Source: Ascidiella aspersa (lineage: Eukaryota). From it: DNA of 64,000 nucleotides. Positions within the stretch are counted from its first letter, which is position 1, and every line of letters starts with the position of its first letter. The DNA lies in the NCBI GenBank assembly GCA_963924565.1, contig OZ004614.1, positions 6,324,001-6,388,000 of the forward strand, in the 5' to 3' direction. A program made the translations under genes and the position numbers. The notes beneath the pieces are model-generated. The model did not search any database. It saw nothing but the letters and a program-made list of their open reading frames with translations, and had not been told where the DNA came from. Of this stretch, positions 1 through 27,720 are shown in pieces.

Positions 1-394
1 TATTGCATTATCATTGCGCAACATTTATGCAACAATGCAAAAAATACGTAACAATTAAATGTGTTGTGTCGCATTAACTATTTCGGTACGCACGCATTTA
101 GTAAAGATACAATTAGTAAAGGTTTTATGTAAATGCTGTTAATCTTATTTCCAATTAGTTGCATTTTAAATTATCGGTGAACAGTTGTTAATGTAATATA
201 TTTGCACTCTCCAATTTGTTTTTTTGTTTTTTTATAGTCACATATCTTATGGAGACATATATGACATATCGTTTGGTCATATCGCATTGTGGGTCGCACA
301 ATAAAACTTGCATAACAAGTGGGTCGCGAACTGAAAAAGGCTGGGAAGCACTGATATAGAGAATAGTTAGTTTAACCACCTGCTTGAAATTTAA

Positions 395-2444
<2,050 letters not shown>

Positions 2445-4516
2445 TCCAGTGAATACATCAGTGGCGTTTTTTTATTGTTTGGCATCAATGTGTAAATAAG
2501 GCCAACCATTTATGAATTATTTTGCTTTGTTTGCTGTAAAACCGCTTCTGTTTTTATTGACAAGTTTCGTTGCTGCTTTATTGATAATGGCTTGTGATCG
2601 GCGTTAACATGAATAAAGGTAAACACAATACAAAAAATCTAGTAATTCGATGTGTATTGCTTCTAGCGTAAAAAAAAAAGTTAAAGTTCCACCGGGCTGT
2701 GATGCATGTTTCAGCAAACATTAACCAATATTACAAAAGCAAAAATTGACATTTTTTTTAATAAATGACGTCACAAAAATGCGCCATAACGTGTCGTTAC
2801 AAAGTTATGTCGAAATGTGACGACACAAAGTTACATCACACGTGACGTCATAAAAAGTAACCTTATAAACCACAATAAACGAACACCACACAGTTCGTTT
2901 ATTTTGTTTGTAAAGCCAAAATAAATAGACGGAAGATATTCGTGTAGAGCAGTGGTTATCAAACATTTTCCTCGCCGCGACTTTGCAAAAGTTTGTTGAG
3001 GTAGAGCGTTACAGTCGTAGGCTATAGTTGTGTATGACTAGAACATTGACTTTCTCTTTTTGTCGATATGCAACGAACAGAACCTATTTGTCGCAGGAAG
3101 AAGTGTTAGATCAGTGGTTCTCAACCGGGGTGCCGCGGGGCCATTTGTGTACGACCAGAGTTTGTGTACAATTAGAGACAATTATTTCAAATTACAATTT
3201 CCTGCATGTTTTAAGTTGATTGTGTTGTTCCAGTTCCATGTTCCATTTATAGTGACATTTTGGTAAAATACTCAACGAAAATTCCAGTTGGGGTGCTGAA
3301 AATTTATTTACTATTTTGAGGGTGTTGGAAGCCATAAAACGTCACTATGTTTGATCATATTCAATTGCGTCAAGGAATAATAGTATGATTATTTAAAGGC
3401 ATTTTATTACTTCAGTTGAGTTTGGATACAAAACTAAATCATGGTGCGAGGCAAAATCGTGCGCAGAATATTACAAGAGAGAAATTTCTATGTTACAAAC
3501 TTTTATCGTATTCTGTAAAAGGGGTGAAATGTTACTCCTGTGAATCTCTACTGATGTTATATCCTTGTTTTATTTTGTATGCATGGACGGTTGTTGAACA
3601 TTCCAATGTTTACAGGCAGAACAAACAGGCGATGGTAGGGCCAATAGTTGCTGTCATGTTATTTAAGTTCATTTACAGTTGAAATAAAACTTTGCAATAT
3701 TACAGATTATAACTGTCTAATAAAGTTAGGATAGTTATATATCGTATTCTATAGATATATCCTCGGGATACATGCGATAAATGTAGCTTTGATGTGGCAA
3801 TATTTGCAAAAACAGTAAATGAAGCAAATTTCCAAAGTGACAGTAACTTGCATTTATGCCTTTTTCTCAAAGAAAAACCGACGCTAGGCGATTACCTGAC
3901 TTCTAATTTTAAATATTACCAAACATCGAAACACCTACAATAGACATTGTCTTGCTCTTTTTGCTTCGGCGTGGACGATGTGGTTATAAAACTTACTTCA
4001 CTTCGATTGGTTTTATAAAGAACTGCAGAATATGAGAAGACAAGTGAAAAAATTGAGTTCCTTCAATTAACACACGTCAAGGCAAACGCGACCCTTATGT
4101 TTGAAAAATTTGTATTTTAGCAGATAAAATAGCTGCTACTTGATGCACTGTTTCACATTTCTTTGACCTGTATGTAAAGCAACTTGTCTCAGTATCCAAT
4201 TGAAAACAACATTCTACGTCCCAAGTATTTTCAAAGCGAATATTAACTTCATTTCTCGAACAATAACAGTAAATTAACAAAAAAATTACAAAACTTATAT
4301 ACCATAAAACAGAAAATCAAACCAAATACGACAGGCATTGATATTTCACGACATAAAAACTTATAGTTCGTCGTTAAGAACATTAAGTAGTAAGTCACCA
4401 AAAGTATAAATTTTAAACAGGTGTACGTGCTTTCTGCTTGTAACGTATTAGATTTGTAATTATAATATTCTTAGCGATTACGTTTTTTTTTCTATTTTGG
4501 GATATTACCCCATTCT

Positions 4517-4903
4517 CTGGCCACTTGCTGAGGAGCCATGGCCCACCCCAAAAAATGTATAAATATTTTACTCTTAATAATTTGTTTTGTAGCATTTATG
4601 AGCAGAACCACAACATTTGATCACAGGCATTCCACACCTTTAATTGTCATGCATTTTTACGTCACCAACGATTTAGTTGATATAACATTTACTATACATT
4701 AATGTACTTTTACTACTTTTAGACAGTTTTTGCTCATTCACTGTTTTTTAGTATTGCGTTAACACTCAGTCAGTTGCTGCTCGAAATGGTTTGCTAGCAT
4801 TGTAATTTGTGTTCGTTTCGGCAGTTAATACAATGCTAAGAGCTAAACAAAACATTCCAACTTTTTGCCCCCCCAAAAAGATTTTCGGCTGGCTACGCCA
4901 CTG
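4517..4903 (-). mobile_element. MITE (CAGTGGCGTAGC terminus), inverted homolog of 40994-41352
   Basis: Ends ggctacgccactg at 4903; internal cgttaacactcagtcagttgctgctcgaaatggtttg is the reverse complement of the 41080-41115 region. Left boundary approximate. Confidence 0.75.
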
Positions 4904-5929
4904 AGTTGGGCACAGCTAATGTTCCTTGCTCTTGCGCTAATATCCGACGTTGAGTAACAACGGCATTTTTTTCAGATTCTCTTTGAAAGGTGATTCTAAA
5001 AAAAGGCGTAGGAAAACTACCAAAGAGGGGCCCGGCTGAAAAAGGGTGAAGAACCACTGCCATGGGCTATGTATAACTTGCCAGCAATAAGCCTAGGATC
5101 GCTATTTCAAAACATTTGCCCGCAAGATAAAAAAAAAAGATTGTTTTTGGCCCGCGATGAAAAGAGGTTGGACCACGCTGTTCTAAGACCACGAGTTTAG
5201 TGTGCAATCGACGCTTAAAACCGTAGCTTGTATTTTGGCCGACTTGGACCTCAAACCGTAGCTTGCATTTTAGCTGATTTGGCACACAGTCCGCGCAGAT
5301 GTTGCGCTAATCATGACATAACAACACCTGGGAAAAAACGTTTCGCAAATTGTGGAAAAATGATTCTACAAACGTCATTTACACGTATTTTACGGTGTTG
5401 TTTTTTGCCTGTAGTTTGGTCTTCGTTTTTGCTTCGGATATTTGTGTATCCCCGATTTGGATAAATATATTAAACAGTATTTGCTGTGTCATTTCTCGCT
5501 TGTGATTTGCAATTATCCCATTTACTTCGATAATGGGCTATTGAATCGCCCATCTTATAACTGTATTTATGAACACGGGTTAACTTTGTTCGTTTTTTTT
5601 TTGACAACCGCGTAATATACAGGTAAAAAGTAAAACGCCCGGCGTTATCAAATAATTTCATTGAGCCTAAAATACACCAACTTTGTGTGTATAAAAGATA
5701 CACACGCATATGTGTTCAACAACTGTGATCTAGCCTTTCTAAAGCTGCTTTTTGACCAACGATTACTTACGAATTTCTTTATCGTGAACTATACGCCAAC
5801 GTTATAGCTAATGGGGTCGCCTGGCTAACTATTTCAAAACGAAAGTGACCTGCTGGCATGGCGAATACACCTAACGATTCTCTACCAGCTTCTAACCACT
5901 GCATTGATATTTGGGCTGGTAAAATGATA

Positions 5930-6325
5930 CAGGGTGTCCATAAAGTCTCTTAACAATTTAAAAAATTATTAAAAAGTGAAATGATGAGATATCGCAATGA
6001 GGTTTGTTTTATGTTAATCAGTATTGCATAAAGTTTTTATTGACACATTAAATACACTTTTAAACATTTAATCAACATTTAATTAAAAATAATTAAAAAC
6101 GTCATTACTTTATTTAATACACTTCTATATGAGCACCATTAGTTGCACGAAGCACATCAAAACGGTTAATTTAGAAATTGTGTCTAAAACAATAAATTTT
6201 AGTGTCAATGAAAACTTTATGAAATACTGATTAACACAAAACAAACCTTATTGCGATATCTCATCATTTCATTTTCTAATAATTTTTTTAAATTGTACAG
6301 AGATAAATGTACATTGTACACCCTG
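5930..6325. mobile_element. Tc1/mariner-type MITE with long TIRs
   Basis: ta|cagggtgt...acaccctg|ta (TA TSD); about 130-bp imperfect inverted repeats (atgatgagatatcgcaatgaggtttgtttt... vs ...aaaacaaaccttattgcgatatctcatcat). Confidence 0.85.
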
Positions 6326-7180
6326 TATAACAGGCCAATAGCTGAAAACACCCCGTTTGTTAAAGAGCCGTGCTTGCAATGCGCAAAGCTAAACTCAATT
6401 GTGTCCATTACTACAATTAACGTTACAGAACACGCCCGGGCAATTATAACTTAAATGCTGGTGGATTCAGAACCTTTGTTAGCTCTTGGCACCTGATTTG
6501 TTTCCGTAGGTTGCTGTAAAGCATTTCAAACGACAAACCGAAATTCAAAAACGAAAAAAAAGCGGAACGCGAAATTGCAACACTATAACGACAAAGTTCA
6601 GCAAAGAAACACTATATACTAGCTTGGAAAAGGACAACATAAAAGTTTATAATATAGAATTACAAGTATTTTCTTCGTTATTTGTCAATTTGATACATAG
6701 CCTATTCTTAAAAAAGGAAATCATACTATACCGATAAAGGATGACATTATTTTTGTGGAAATAAAACGAAAATACAACCACCATACTTTACCGAAATCAC
6801 TTGCTTGAAAGAGTTTCATTAGAATGATTAGAATCTTGATTTTACTATTTGAAAGCATGGCTCTGAATTCACAAATAGAATTATAAACAGCAAAGCTTAA
6901 TTGATTTGTCAACCCTATTAGATTTGAAGCTAAAATAAGCCGTACACATATCATAACACGTATTTTATGCCTAACGACAATAAGGTCACGCATTTTTTTC
7001 CAGAAAACAGCCCATATGCGTGTTTTTCCAGCAAATAGTCCATGTTCTTGTTGTACATTGAAGCGTTACGGATAAATACAAGCAGATTAACAGGAAAACA
7101 GGGCTCCGCGTTCAAACAACTCGAGTCCGATTTTGCCCTCAATTGTCACAAGCGGCGTTGTAATGACTTATATGACTCAG

Positions 7181-7432
7181 ATCTTAAGACTGTTTATTTA
7201 TTAAAACAGATAAAACATAAAATCATTTCTTAAAATCTTACAGAAATATATATATTACGCCTATAAGGCATCATCAGTTTCTGTACAAAAAACAAACATG
7301 TAAAAATGCCAATATGGGTGTTTTATCTGTTTTAATAAATAAACAGTCGTAAGATCTTTGGATACGAAGACAAGAATCTTTCTTTTACATTTTATTGTCC
7401 GCGGGAGATCCTTACTTTCTAAAGTGTTTCAG
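7181..7432. mobile_element. Penelope-like micro-insertion with inverted arm, hammerhead remnant and tail
   Basis: TSD cttatatgactcag (7167-7180) / cttatgtgactcag (7433-7446); 37-bp inverted arms 7181-7217 and 7319-7355 (1 mismatch); homologous copy at 50883-51081. Confidence 0.75.
7239..7285 (-). ncRNA. Type I minimal hammerhead ribozyme, mutated (GAAA to GUAA)
   Basis: Minus strand: UACAGAAA-CUGAUGA-U-GCCU-UAU-AGGC-GUAA-UAUAUAUA-UUUCUGUA; 8-bp stem I, 4-bp stem II, palindromic minimal stem III. The sister copy at 50940-50969 has GAAA. Confidence 0.7.
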
Positions 7433-7443
7433 CTTATGTGACT

Positions 7444-7729
7444 CAGTGTACTTAATTAACTGTTTTTAAATGACTTGACTTAAGCATTTGGGGAAAATGA
7501 CTTGACTTGACTTGAGTCTTTCTAAAATTGGCGTTTTGGGTTAAAATTTTTCTGTATAGAACAATTAGAACATTGTACTTGCTATATGTTGCTAGTTATT
7601 GCTCGTAATTAAGCAATTTACAAAGTTTGGTAGTTAAACGTTTGCATTTTATGGGGACTTGGCTGAATTGCTATAATTATGACTTGACTGGGACTTGAAT
7701 AATTTCAAAAGGACTTGTTCACAACACTG
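7444..7729. repeat. 'gacttgacttga' MITE-like repeat; related degenerate copies near 9620-9950 and 47995-48090
   Basis: Repeated gacttga motifs; ends ...ggacttgttcacaacactg. It appears to start near 7153 and to be interrupted by the 7181 insertion. Confidence 0.55.
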
Positions 7730-8239
7730 ATCAAAACGGCAGCCTACATGAAACCAGTGTATAAAATTGCCAAGGTGAAAACTAACTTGCTGAGTGAAGA
7801 ACTACCCATGCAAATCCCTTAACAAACATCCAAATTTTGCCCTCGGTAAAAATGTGCAAAATACGTTAGCAGGTGTTTCCTTTAATAGTTTAGTTTGAAA
7901 TACTTATAACCTGTTTCTTTAAAGTTGATTTACACAAGACGCGTTGCTTGTGCGTTAACGGAAAACGTCGGCACCTTAAACTAAAAGTGTTGAAATGCTT
8001 TCCGTGGGAGAAAGTTGTCATATTTCAACGCTGGCGCATCTGGTTAGAAGCGAAAAAGCGCCGTTTACGTTTTTTACGCGTCGTGTGTGAATGGTTTGAC
8101 GCTAGCTTTTGACAACAGACGCTGTCCAATGCCCATAGTGTGAACCACTCGTAGGAACCAGACCACTGCGCCGCATGTAGAAAGCGTATCAATCGGATCT
8201 CATCATTAATTTGGCGCCTCCTTAGGAGGAGGACGCCAA

Positions 8240-8823
8240 GCAATTCTCAGGGGGGCGCGAGCCCTACTTCAATATTTAAATTTTTTGCAGTGATTTTCAT
8301 GGTTTAGTTTGGGTTGTACACCACCCCTACATTTGTACAACTCTGTATTTTGTCAAATTTAACATTGCAACTGCAAAAAATGTTCGCACTCCACGCGAAT
8401 CTTTTACTTTTTACCACTGTGGACTTATTAGCACAAAGTCTCTTTGAGTGCCATTGCATGTTTTCTGTATAATAGGCCTATGTTTAATTTTTGGGTTTAA
8501 CATTTTTTTGCGCTCGACATCACAGCCTTACAACTGTGGAGTCAATGTCCACAGAACACGTTATCAAAATCGCTTGTATCTAGCACGAGCTATTTCTTGT
8601 GTGCCCAATTCGAAAAGCCTTCTGAATTACCTACATTTTAGCCAATTCAACCAAATAAAACTCAATTTTTTTCGCGTTTCACACGGCCAACAATACACTT
8701 CTCTATTTTCATCTTGTCTCAGTGATAATTAATTGAAAAATGCCGAATTACTTTTTATGGGGGCGCAAGGCATAGGAAAATTACCAAAAGGGGGCGCGGC
8801 TGAAAAAAGTTTAAGAATCAATG
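8240..8823. mobile_element. hAT-type MITE (ggggggcgcg subterminal motifs)
   Basis: Subterminal gggggcgc repeats and 3' end aaaaaagtttaagaatcaatg typical of Charlie-like MITEs; left end approximate. Confidence 0.5.
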
Positions 8824-10215
8824 ATCTACTTGTACAAACAGTAAAATATGTTGAACAACTTTTTGACGTGGCTTGTTAGATATTAATTTAAGGAAAATGT
8901 ATTTAAGTGGCATAACCAGGATATAGGGCGTTTTTTTATTTATCTTCTTTCTAAAGTACTTGAGCATTTTGGAAAATAATTGCTTAAAAATGTCTTTCTG
9001 TGATTCAGCACTTTTACACAAACGTTGTGTAGTGGGCGTTACAGAGCTCAAAACAACCGACAAAAATCACGTGATTTCGGCATCACAATTGCCACGCAAG
9101 CTCTATGAAATGAAACTTAAGTCTGCCACAGGGATTAAAACTGTTCGTTTTATCGTTTAAAGCGCCGGATATCGTGTATATATGAAACAACGTTTATTTA
9201 GTCTTGTTGCACAGTCAGAAGAGTTAATGTGCCAGCGCTTGCTAAACGTTTTATATAAACTAGAAAAGCATCCACGGCGATATCGTAATTACGCAATTTG
9301 TCTGCAAAACGTGATCTCAATACAGTATACAAGTTACTTAAAAATGTTTTTTTGTTATATTATACCTAGTAAAACTGGCGCATCTTTTTAATTTTTAGTT
9401 GTAACCCAGTTCACTCCGTATGGGTTAATTGTACGTATTATGCAACATTGTGGAATCAACTTTATATTAATTTTAACGTTTTAACCAGAATTGTTGATTT
9501 GCCCTAAAAAAAATAAATGGTTATAGATAAGGTAATATATCATTAGATTCGTGTATAATTCACAAAATAGTAACTTTTGGAATACTATAAATTATGTTTA
9601 AATGTTAGCGTTAAAAACACATCAGTCTATCTGTTTTTAAATGACTTTACTTTAGATGAATTCATTGTACTGACTTTATCTTAAAACCATTTAGGCAAAT
9701 AACTTGCACTAAAGTGTATTCATTAAAAACATATTTTTGTAAATGAACTAATTATTTAATTAGTGTACTGTACAGAAAAAATGCTTGCTATTTGTTTAGC
9801 TTTTGGTGTTTGATAAGAGAAATATATTGCTTGAAATATGAATGACCTATACCAAACCAAGGCAATGAGTTGGACTGGAACTTGAATTTTTTTTATCATT
9901 TTTTTTTTTTTTTTATTAAAATGACTTTTAATTTGACAAAATTTGATTTAAAAAGTCTTTGTTTAATACAAACTGTTTGTCTTTAAACCCCTTCAAAAGC
10001 TCTATTAACCCAATTCCCATACAAAACTTCAAGTAATCAATGTGAAAATTCAGTCTTATGTCAATAACTTGACTTGCTTTTTGGATGGAATGTATATTGT
10101 CAGAGGTAAATGTTTCAATTGATTAAGTGTAAAATAAATTTTTTCTTCAAATAATAAATTAGTTACAAATTTTAAATCATTTTTGTTTAACAGAATATAA
10201 TAGTAATAAAGTGCA

Positions 10216-10758
10216 ATGGGAGGCTTTTTCAGTAAAATATTTAGCGGCCTGTTCGGCTCGAAAGAGCGTCGAATTCTAATTCTCGGACTAGACGGCGCCG
10301 GTAAAACCACAATCCTCTACAAGTTGCAAGTCGGCGAGGTGGTGACCACGATTCCGACAATCGGATTTAATGTTGAAACGCTCCAATACAAGAACCTCCA
10401 GTTTCAAGTATGGGACCTGGGTGGTCAGACCAGCATCCGACCATACTGGAGGTGTTACTATAGCAACACGGATGCCATCATCTACGTAGTGGACAGCATG
10501 GACAAAGAGCGGATGAGCACGTCAAAACAGGAGCTGGCAAGCATGCTGGAGGAAGAGGAATTGAAAAAGGCCATTCTGGTGGTTTTTGCTAACAAGCAGG
10601 ACATTGAAGGGGCGTTAACCGAAACCGAGGTTGCGAAAGAGCTAGGACTTGCCGGTATCAAGGATCGCAAATGGCAGATTTTTAAGACGAGTGCCGTTAA
10701 AAACATTGGTCTCGAAACAGCAATGGACTGGTTGGTGGAAGCAATTCAATCGCAATAA
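10216..10758 (+). CDS. ARL1: ADP-ribosylation factor-like protein 1 (intronless CDS, 180 aa)
   Basis: MGGFFS myristoylation N-terminus, [54 protein letters not shown] and ARL1-diagnostic [11 protein letters not shown]. Acceptor tttaacag at 10193; AATAAA at 11505. Confidence 0.97.
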   Translation: MGGFFSKIFSGLFGSKERRILILGLDGAGKTTILYKLQVGEVVTTIPTIGFNVETLQYKNLQFQVWDLGGQTSIRPYWRCYYSNTDAIIYVVDSMDKERMSTSKQELASMLEEEELKKAILVVFANKQDIEGALTETEVAKELGLAGIKDRKWQIFKTSAVKNIGLETAMDWLVEAIQSQ

Positions 10759-13700
10759 GCCACCTTAATTGTGTATTTATATACAGGCAAATAGTTATCC
10801 CCTAAAGTAGCAGACTGCATTTATCCAAGGCCTGTTCAGAGGAGAAAAATGTGCGTTTTTTTACACTGCAGAAGCTACAATGCAATAATTTCTGTGAGGT
10901 GCTCTTGCTTATTTCAATTTTTAAAGGATCTGTTGTTTGTCGGCCTTCAAGCTGCCAGTTTCTTACACCTGGTTTTGCGTTTGACCTAAGAAAAAACTTG
11001 CCTCTTTATTTGAAATCCTGTGACAGATATTCAAGTTATTTGTTTGGCTAGTTTATAGAAGCATTGAATAAGTCCTGAATATCCTAATAAATGGACAACA
11101 AAATGCAGGGTTTTGGTGCACTAAAAATTGTGCAATTTTGTGTTTGTTGTTGATTTTTGCAAACAACTTGTTAACAATTGTAGATCCCGGGAATTTTAAC
11201 AAAGGTAATTTGTCCCCAAGACCTCAAACCAATGTCCCGATAATGTTTGGTTGTATGTGATATAACTTACAATCATTCTCCTACATCATGCTAAACAGTA
11301 GCTGCTGCCCGATAACCATTTTTAAGTTATGCTCTGTAACCAATTGCTATACTATGTAGTTGTGGTTTACTCAACATACATGTCTTTCTATACTGGTTAC
11401 TGTACATAATGTTATTGTGCAACAGAATACAGAATATATTGTTTTATTATTTGTTCATTGTAATATGTACAGTTATTTCAGATATTTTGCACTGTGTAGT
11501 AACTAATAAAACAAATTCGGTTACCTAGAGTGGGTACAGGCCCGAGGGCTTGAATATTATGGGCTCAATATAGATGTGCAACATATAGAAAATACTCATA
11601 GATGTGCAACATATAGAAATACTCATTCAACAATTCATAAGCACTTTAGGATATCTGCTAGTTGTGCCTGTCAGTATTAGTTGCGGACACAACTTTCATA
11701 TCTAGTACCTCAATTTATATTTCCTAATTGGCCAGCAAGATATTTTGGTTTTTGGCCATCCTGATACCAAGTTTTGTTTTTCGTTCATATTACTCAACAA
11801 AATATAAATAATAGGATGACTAACTTCGATATAGAGCCCGAATTTGATATACTAGAGGTAATGCATCTCAATGCATCGTAAAAATATACTTCACACAGGC
11901 TATGCTTAGTATTAATTTCACAACTTACATTGGAGAAGTACTTCATAATGCAGAACAATCATAATATCAATTGATTCTGACAATACTACTTTCAATAAAT
12001 AAAAAGTGAATTGTACCTTGACAGCAACTACACTGTCCGGAGGTAGGTCACAAATAAAACTGGACTCCATGTTATATGTGTTTTGTAAGTGCAGGCATGT
12101 TTAAATAATATTTTGTGTTTTGATCCGTGCTGTTTTTAATAAAAGCAGGGTCACCAAACTGCAGATCCAGCCAGTCTATTTAATTTTTTCGGCTTGAAAT
12201 ATTTTCAAAATGATCTTAAAATACAGTTGTTAGTAGGCAAAAAATAAACAATTTAATTTTTAGGCAAATGTTTGTCTGTTCCAAACTAGACTAAATTTTG
12301 TTAAAATTTAAGCTAAACAACAATTTCATAAATTTCAGTATAAATTTGTATTATCTATTGTTCAGTGAAACATGAACACACATATGTGTGTTTACAACTG
12401 AAATCTAGCCCTTCTGAAGCTGCATCATTGATCGACAGATTCGGTGAAGAGTCCGCAATGGCTTTCGGTATATCTATTATTCAGTTCATAATAATTAAAT
12501 GCAATAGATATATTCAGCCCACATTTCCCAATTTTTACTCAGCTCACATTTTTCTAATCTTTAGTGATACTTGAATTAATGGGATGTCAATACCTTAAAC
12601 TTTACCAAACTACGTTAAGAAAGGTCTGGGTCGGTAAATATCAAAACAATCTACATGTTGCGTGACCGTATGCCAGCATCAAATTATGTTTGTTTCTATA
12701 CACCAATCTCAACTATACCTATTATACCTATTTTAGTTCTGTTTAACTGTCGTTTGATGATCTGAATGGCAAGGCGGTAATCAATTTTAGCAACAATGTT
12801 TTAAAAATAAACTAAATAGAAAATTGTTACCAAGTCACACAAAGGCTACAACAAACTTTTAAGCATACATGATTGTATTTGCTATGAATGTGTTAATAGC
12901 ATGCCTTACCGATAATAAGTATATATGAAACACATTATAATAAAAACAAACTAGAACTGCACAAATAATGCCATGGATTCAAACATTTGGCTTCATATTC
13001 TACTAATGCCTACAAACTATGAGTTTCAGCTAGTTTAGACAAATGGGTTATTTTGTTGGTGTTAAACATGTAATAATCTTTCTGAAGTAGGTGAGGAATG
13101 CTGATTAGCAAAAGCATAAAAAGTCGCCTATTTGTGGACATAGGTGAAAACTCTTATGCGAATACAGTGCACCATGCCGTTAAGCACTGTATATTGTTCG
13201 ACCCGCTAAAATAACAAATTCAAAACATCCTAGAAAATCAGATTAGCAAAGAGGATGAAATGCACATAATCACGTAAAGAATAATAAAGTAAAAACAAAA
13301 GCAGGACCATAAATGAAAGGCACCGTAGTGAATAAAAAATCAGAAGCAAAACCCCAAAACAATATTTAACATAATATGCAGACACGATAAATAATAATAC
13401 TCAAACTTCATCATAAAGCAGAAAAAATACAAACAGTAACAAACTGCAAATTTTCCGCGTTTTTTTTCTAGTTTTCACATAGTTCTAACAATGAAGCATC
13501 TATATTTGTTTAATTTGAGTTGTGTTAAAATAGAATTCAGTTAAAAAGTCTATGAAAACCATCAAGGTGATTATTTCAAAAAAATTAATAGTGGAAGACG
13601 AAAAAAATACCAAGCAGAAAGTTTTAAAACAAAAAATATTTCCAATTTAAATAAAAATTTTTGCTAACCCAGCAACTATTAAGCTGAGAGTTCATATAAT

Positions 13701-14954
13701 AGAAATCCGTCATTCACTTTCTGAATTTATTTATCACATTTTTCTTTAGTCCTGTTCAAGTTGTTAATATTTGTTGGTGTTTCAAAAAACTATTCTCTTT
13801 AGACTATATGAAAGGCGTGAAATCAATTTACTTGTACAAACGGACTAATAGTCCAGGATAAACATTATTAATAATATAACTTGATTTTGTTGCAAAACTA
13901 AAAAGAAAGAAGGGATGCAAAGTCAGAGACACTTGACTCGACTCAACTGAGTAGAACTCAGGACACTTGTCACAAAATTAGGCTTAAGTTGTTTTCAACT
14001 GTCTCTGTCTCCGCAGCCCTGGTGAAAAGCAAACCAAAGTATGCAATTGATTCTGGTGCACTTTAAAAAGACACATTTTTGTCACAAAAAAAGAGCAACA
14101 AGGTCGTACCACACAAAACAAAGTACCGAACACATAAAAAGTGTAATAGAACGGGAAAGTTTATTTGATACCTAAAATAAACATTTTATTTAATTGTCGA
14201 GGAGAAAAGTCAGAAGGATTCACAAGCAGAAATAGAACTCAGCAGCAAAAAGTAAATGTTTTACTCCAACATTCATCAATTGGTAAAAAAGCTAAATCTG
14301 TAGTGCACAACAGTTTCTAATGAGCACACAAACTTTCTCCATTTTTCTTTAGAGGTAATGCACCCAAAGGATGAACAAGGGGATGTTTTCAATTTAGAAA
14401 CAAGACAAGGCACCATATACCCCATCGTACCCTAACTAGTGCTAAAAATAGCAGAATGTGCATAAAAAGCAGGCTTTTTATTGTAAGAAAAAAAGCAGGC
14501 TTTTTTTAAAGGAAATTTTATGTTTTGCTTGACACCACCCAATAAAACGATTTGAAAGTGAGTAAACCCAGTTTTAATAGCATTAACTTTTTTAAAAGTT
14601 TGTATGAATGTCGAGTTTATTTCTTTAACTAAAATTTTACCAGTGGAAGTATGATTATTATTATTTGGGAAAAAAATATATATTTTGGATAACACAAAAA
14701 AGCCTCACAAGACTTTCAAATAGTATTCTAGAATATTCCTTTACATTTCATATTCTAATCCATTTTAAGTGCTGCCTTCCAACTTCTGTAACAGGTTTTC
14801 AAGGATTTCAAGACTGCCTAAAACTTTTAACTCGTTCGGAATTCATTTCGGCGCAGTAGGCAGTTCATGGTTGGCTTGTCATAAAGGGCCCAAGACTTTG
14901 CCAGTGCGTGTTTTTGAGGTAGCTCGCAAGCATGTGGATTTTCCTGTTTCCAGC

Positions 14955-26825
<11,871 letters not shown>

Positions 26826-27498
26826 ATTTATCTAGGTTACCAATATCTTATCCGGTTCTATCCATTCCAAGTTCTCTGAAATAGTACCTGAAAAGCAAAG
26901 ACATAACTCATGTTATAATTTGTTCAAATTTTATGAGAACCTTTTGGCACTAGCCTGAAAAAATGCAGATTAATAATAATGGTTTTCTTTTTTACCTTGT
27001 TTAAAATTAATAATACAAATGTCAAAATGGAAGGTATGGCTGATCTCAACGAAATCTTGTCGATGTAAATCGAATTAAAATATTAGGTTGGGTACACGAT
27101 GAACGTCCACTATGGAAAATATGGCTGCACCTGCTATTTTTTTTAACAGACCAAAACTGTAACCCAAAATATTGAAAATGACCCCAATTTGCCAATGCTT
27201 TCTAGTTGCGGGAATGCGGGTGACATTAGTTGCATTTGGTCACCCTAGTTTTTTTCGACTGGCTAACCCGCACCCTAACCCAAATATTATGCATTGTGGT
27301 ATGTGGCATTTGAAGAAAGTTTTTTCTTTTTATTAATTTTTACGTACAATAGTGAAAGAGCGCCGATATATTATGCATTTTACTGTCACAACGCTTTTGA
27401 CATTTATTTATAAAACTTAGAACGAAGGTTGGCAATGGTCCAAAATCCTACCACAGCGTTCAAAACAATTATTAAATCAATACACAATGTTTGAGTTA

Positions 27499-27720
27499 AT
27501 GTGCATTGGGCGCTGGTCTAGAATCCTACCACAACGAAACACCATTTGGGTTAGGGTGCGGGTTAGCGTTTGGGTTAAGGTGGGTCAAGTATTATTATTA
27601 AACAAAGAATATAATAATACTTGACCCACCCACACCCGAACGCTAACTCGCACCCAAACTCAAATTTTGTGCGTTGATTTTAGAACTGTGGTAGGATTCT
27701 AGACCAGCGCCGTGCATTGT
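27499..27720. repeat. Large imperfect palindrome made of head-to-head repeat copies
   Basis: ggcgctggtctagaatcctaccaca / tgtggtaggattctagaccagcgcc and ggtgggtcaagtattattat / ataataatacttgacccacc. The same terminal motif occurs near 56684. Confidence 0.8.

Noticed and set aside
11570-11627. Short tandem duplications (also about 19128-19193, 26408-26455, 34862-34907, 61790-61850) considered as CRISPR-like arrays
   Set aside because: Only 2-5 adjacent copies without unique spacers in eukaryotic DNA; ordinary slippage repeats.
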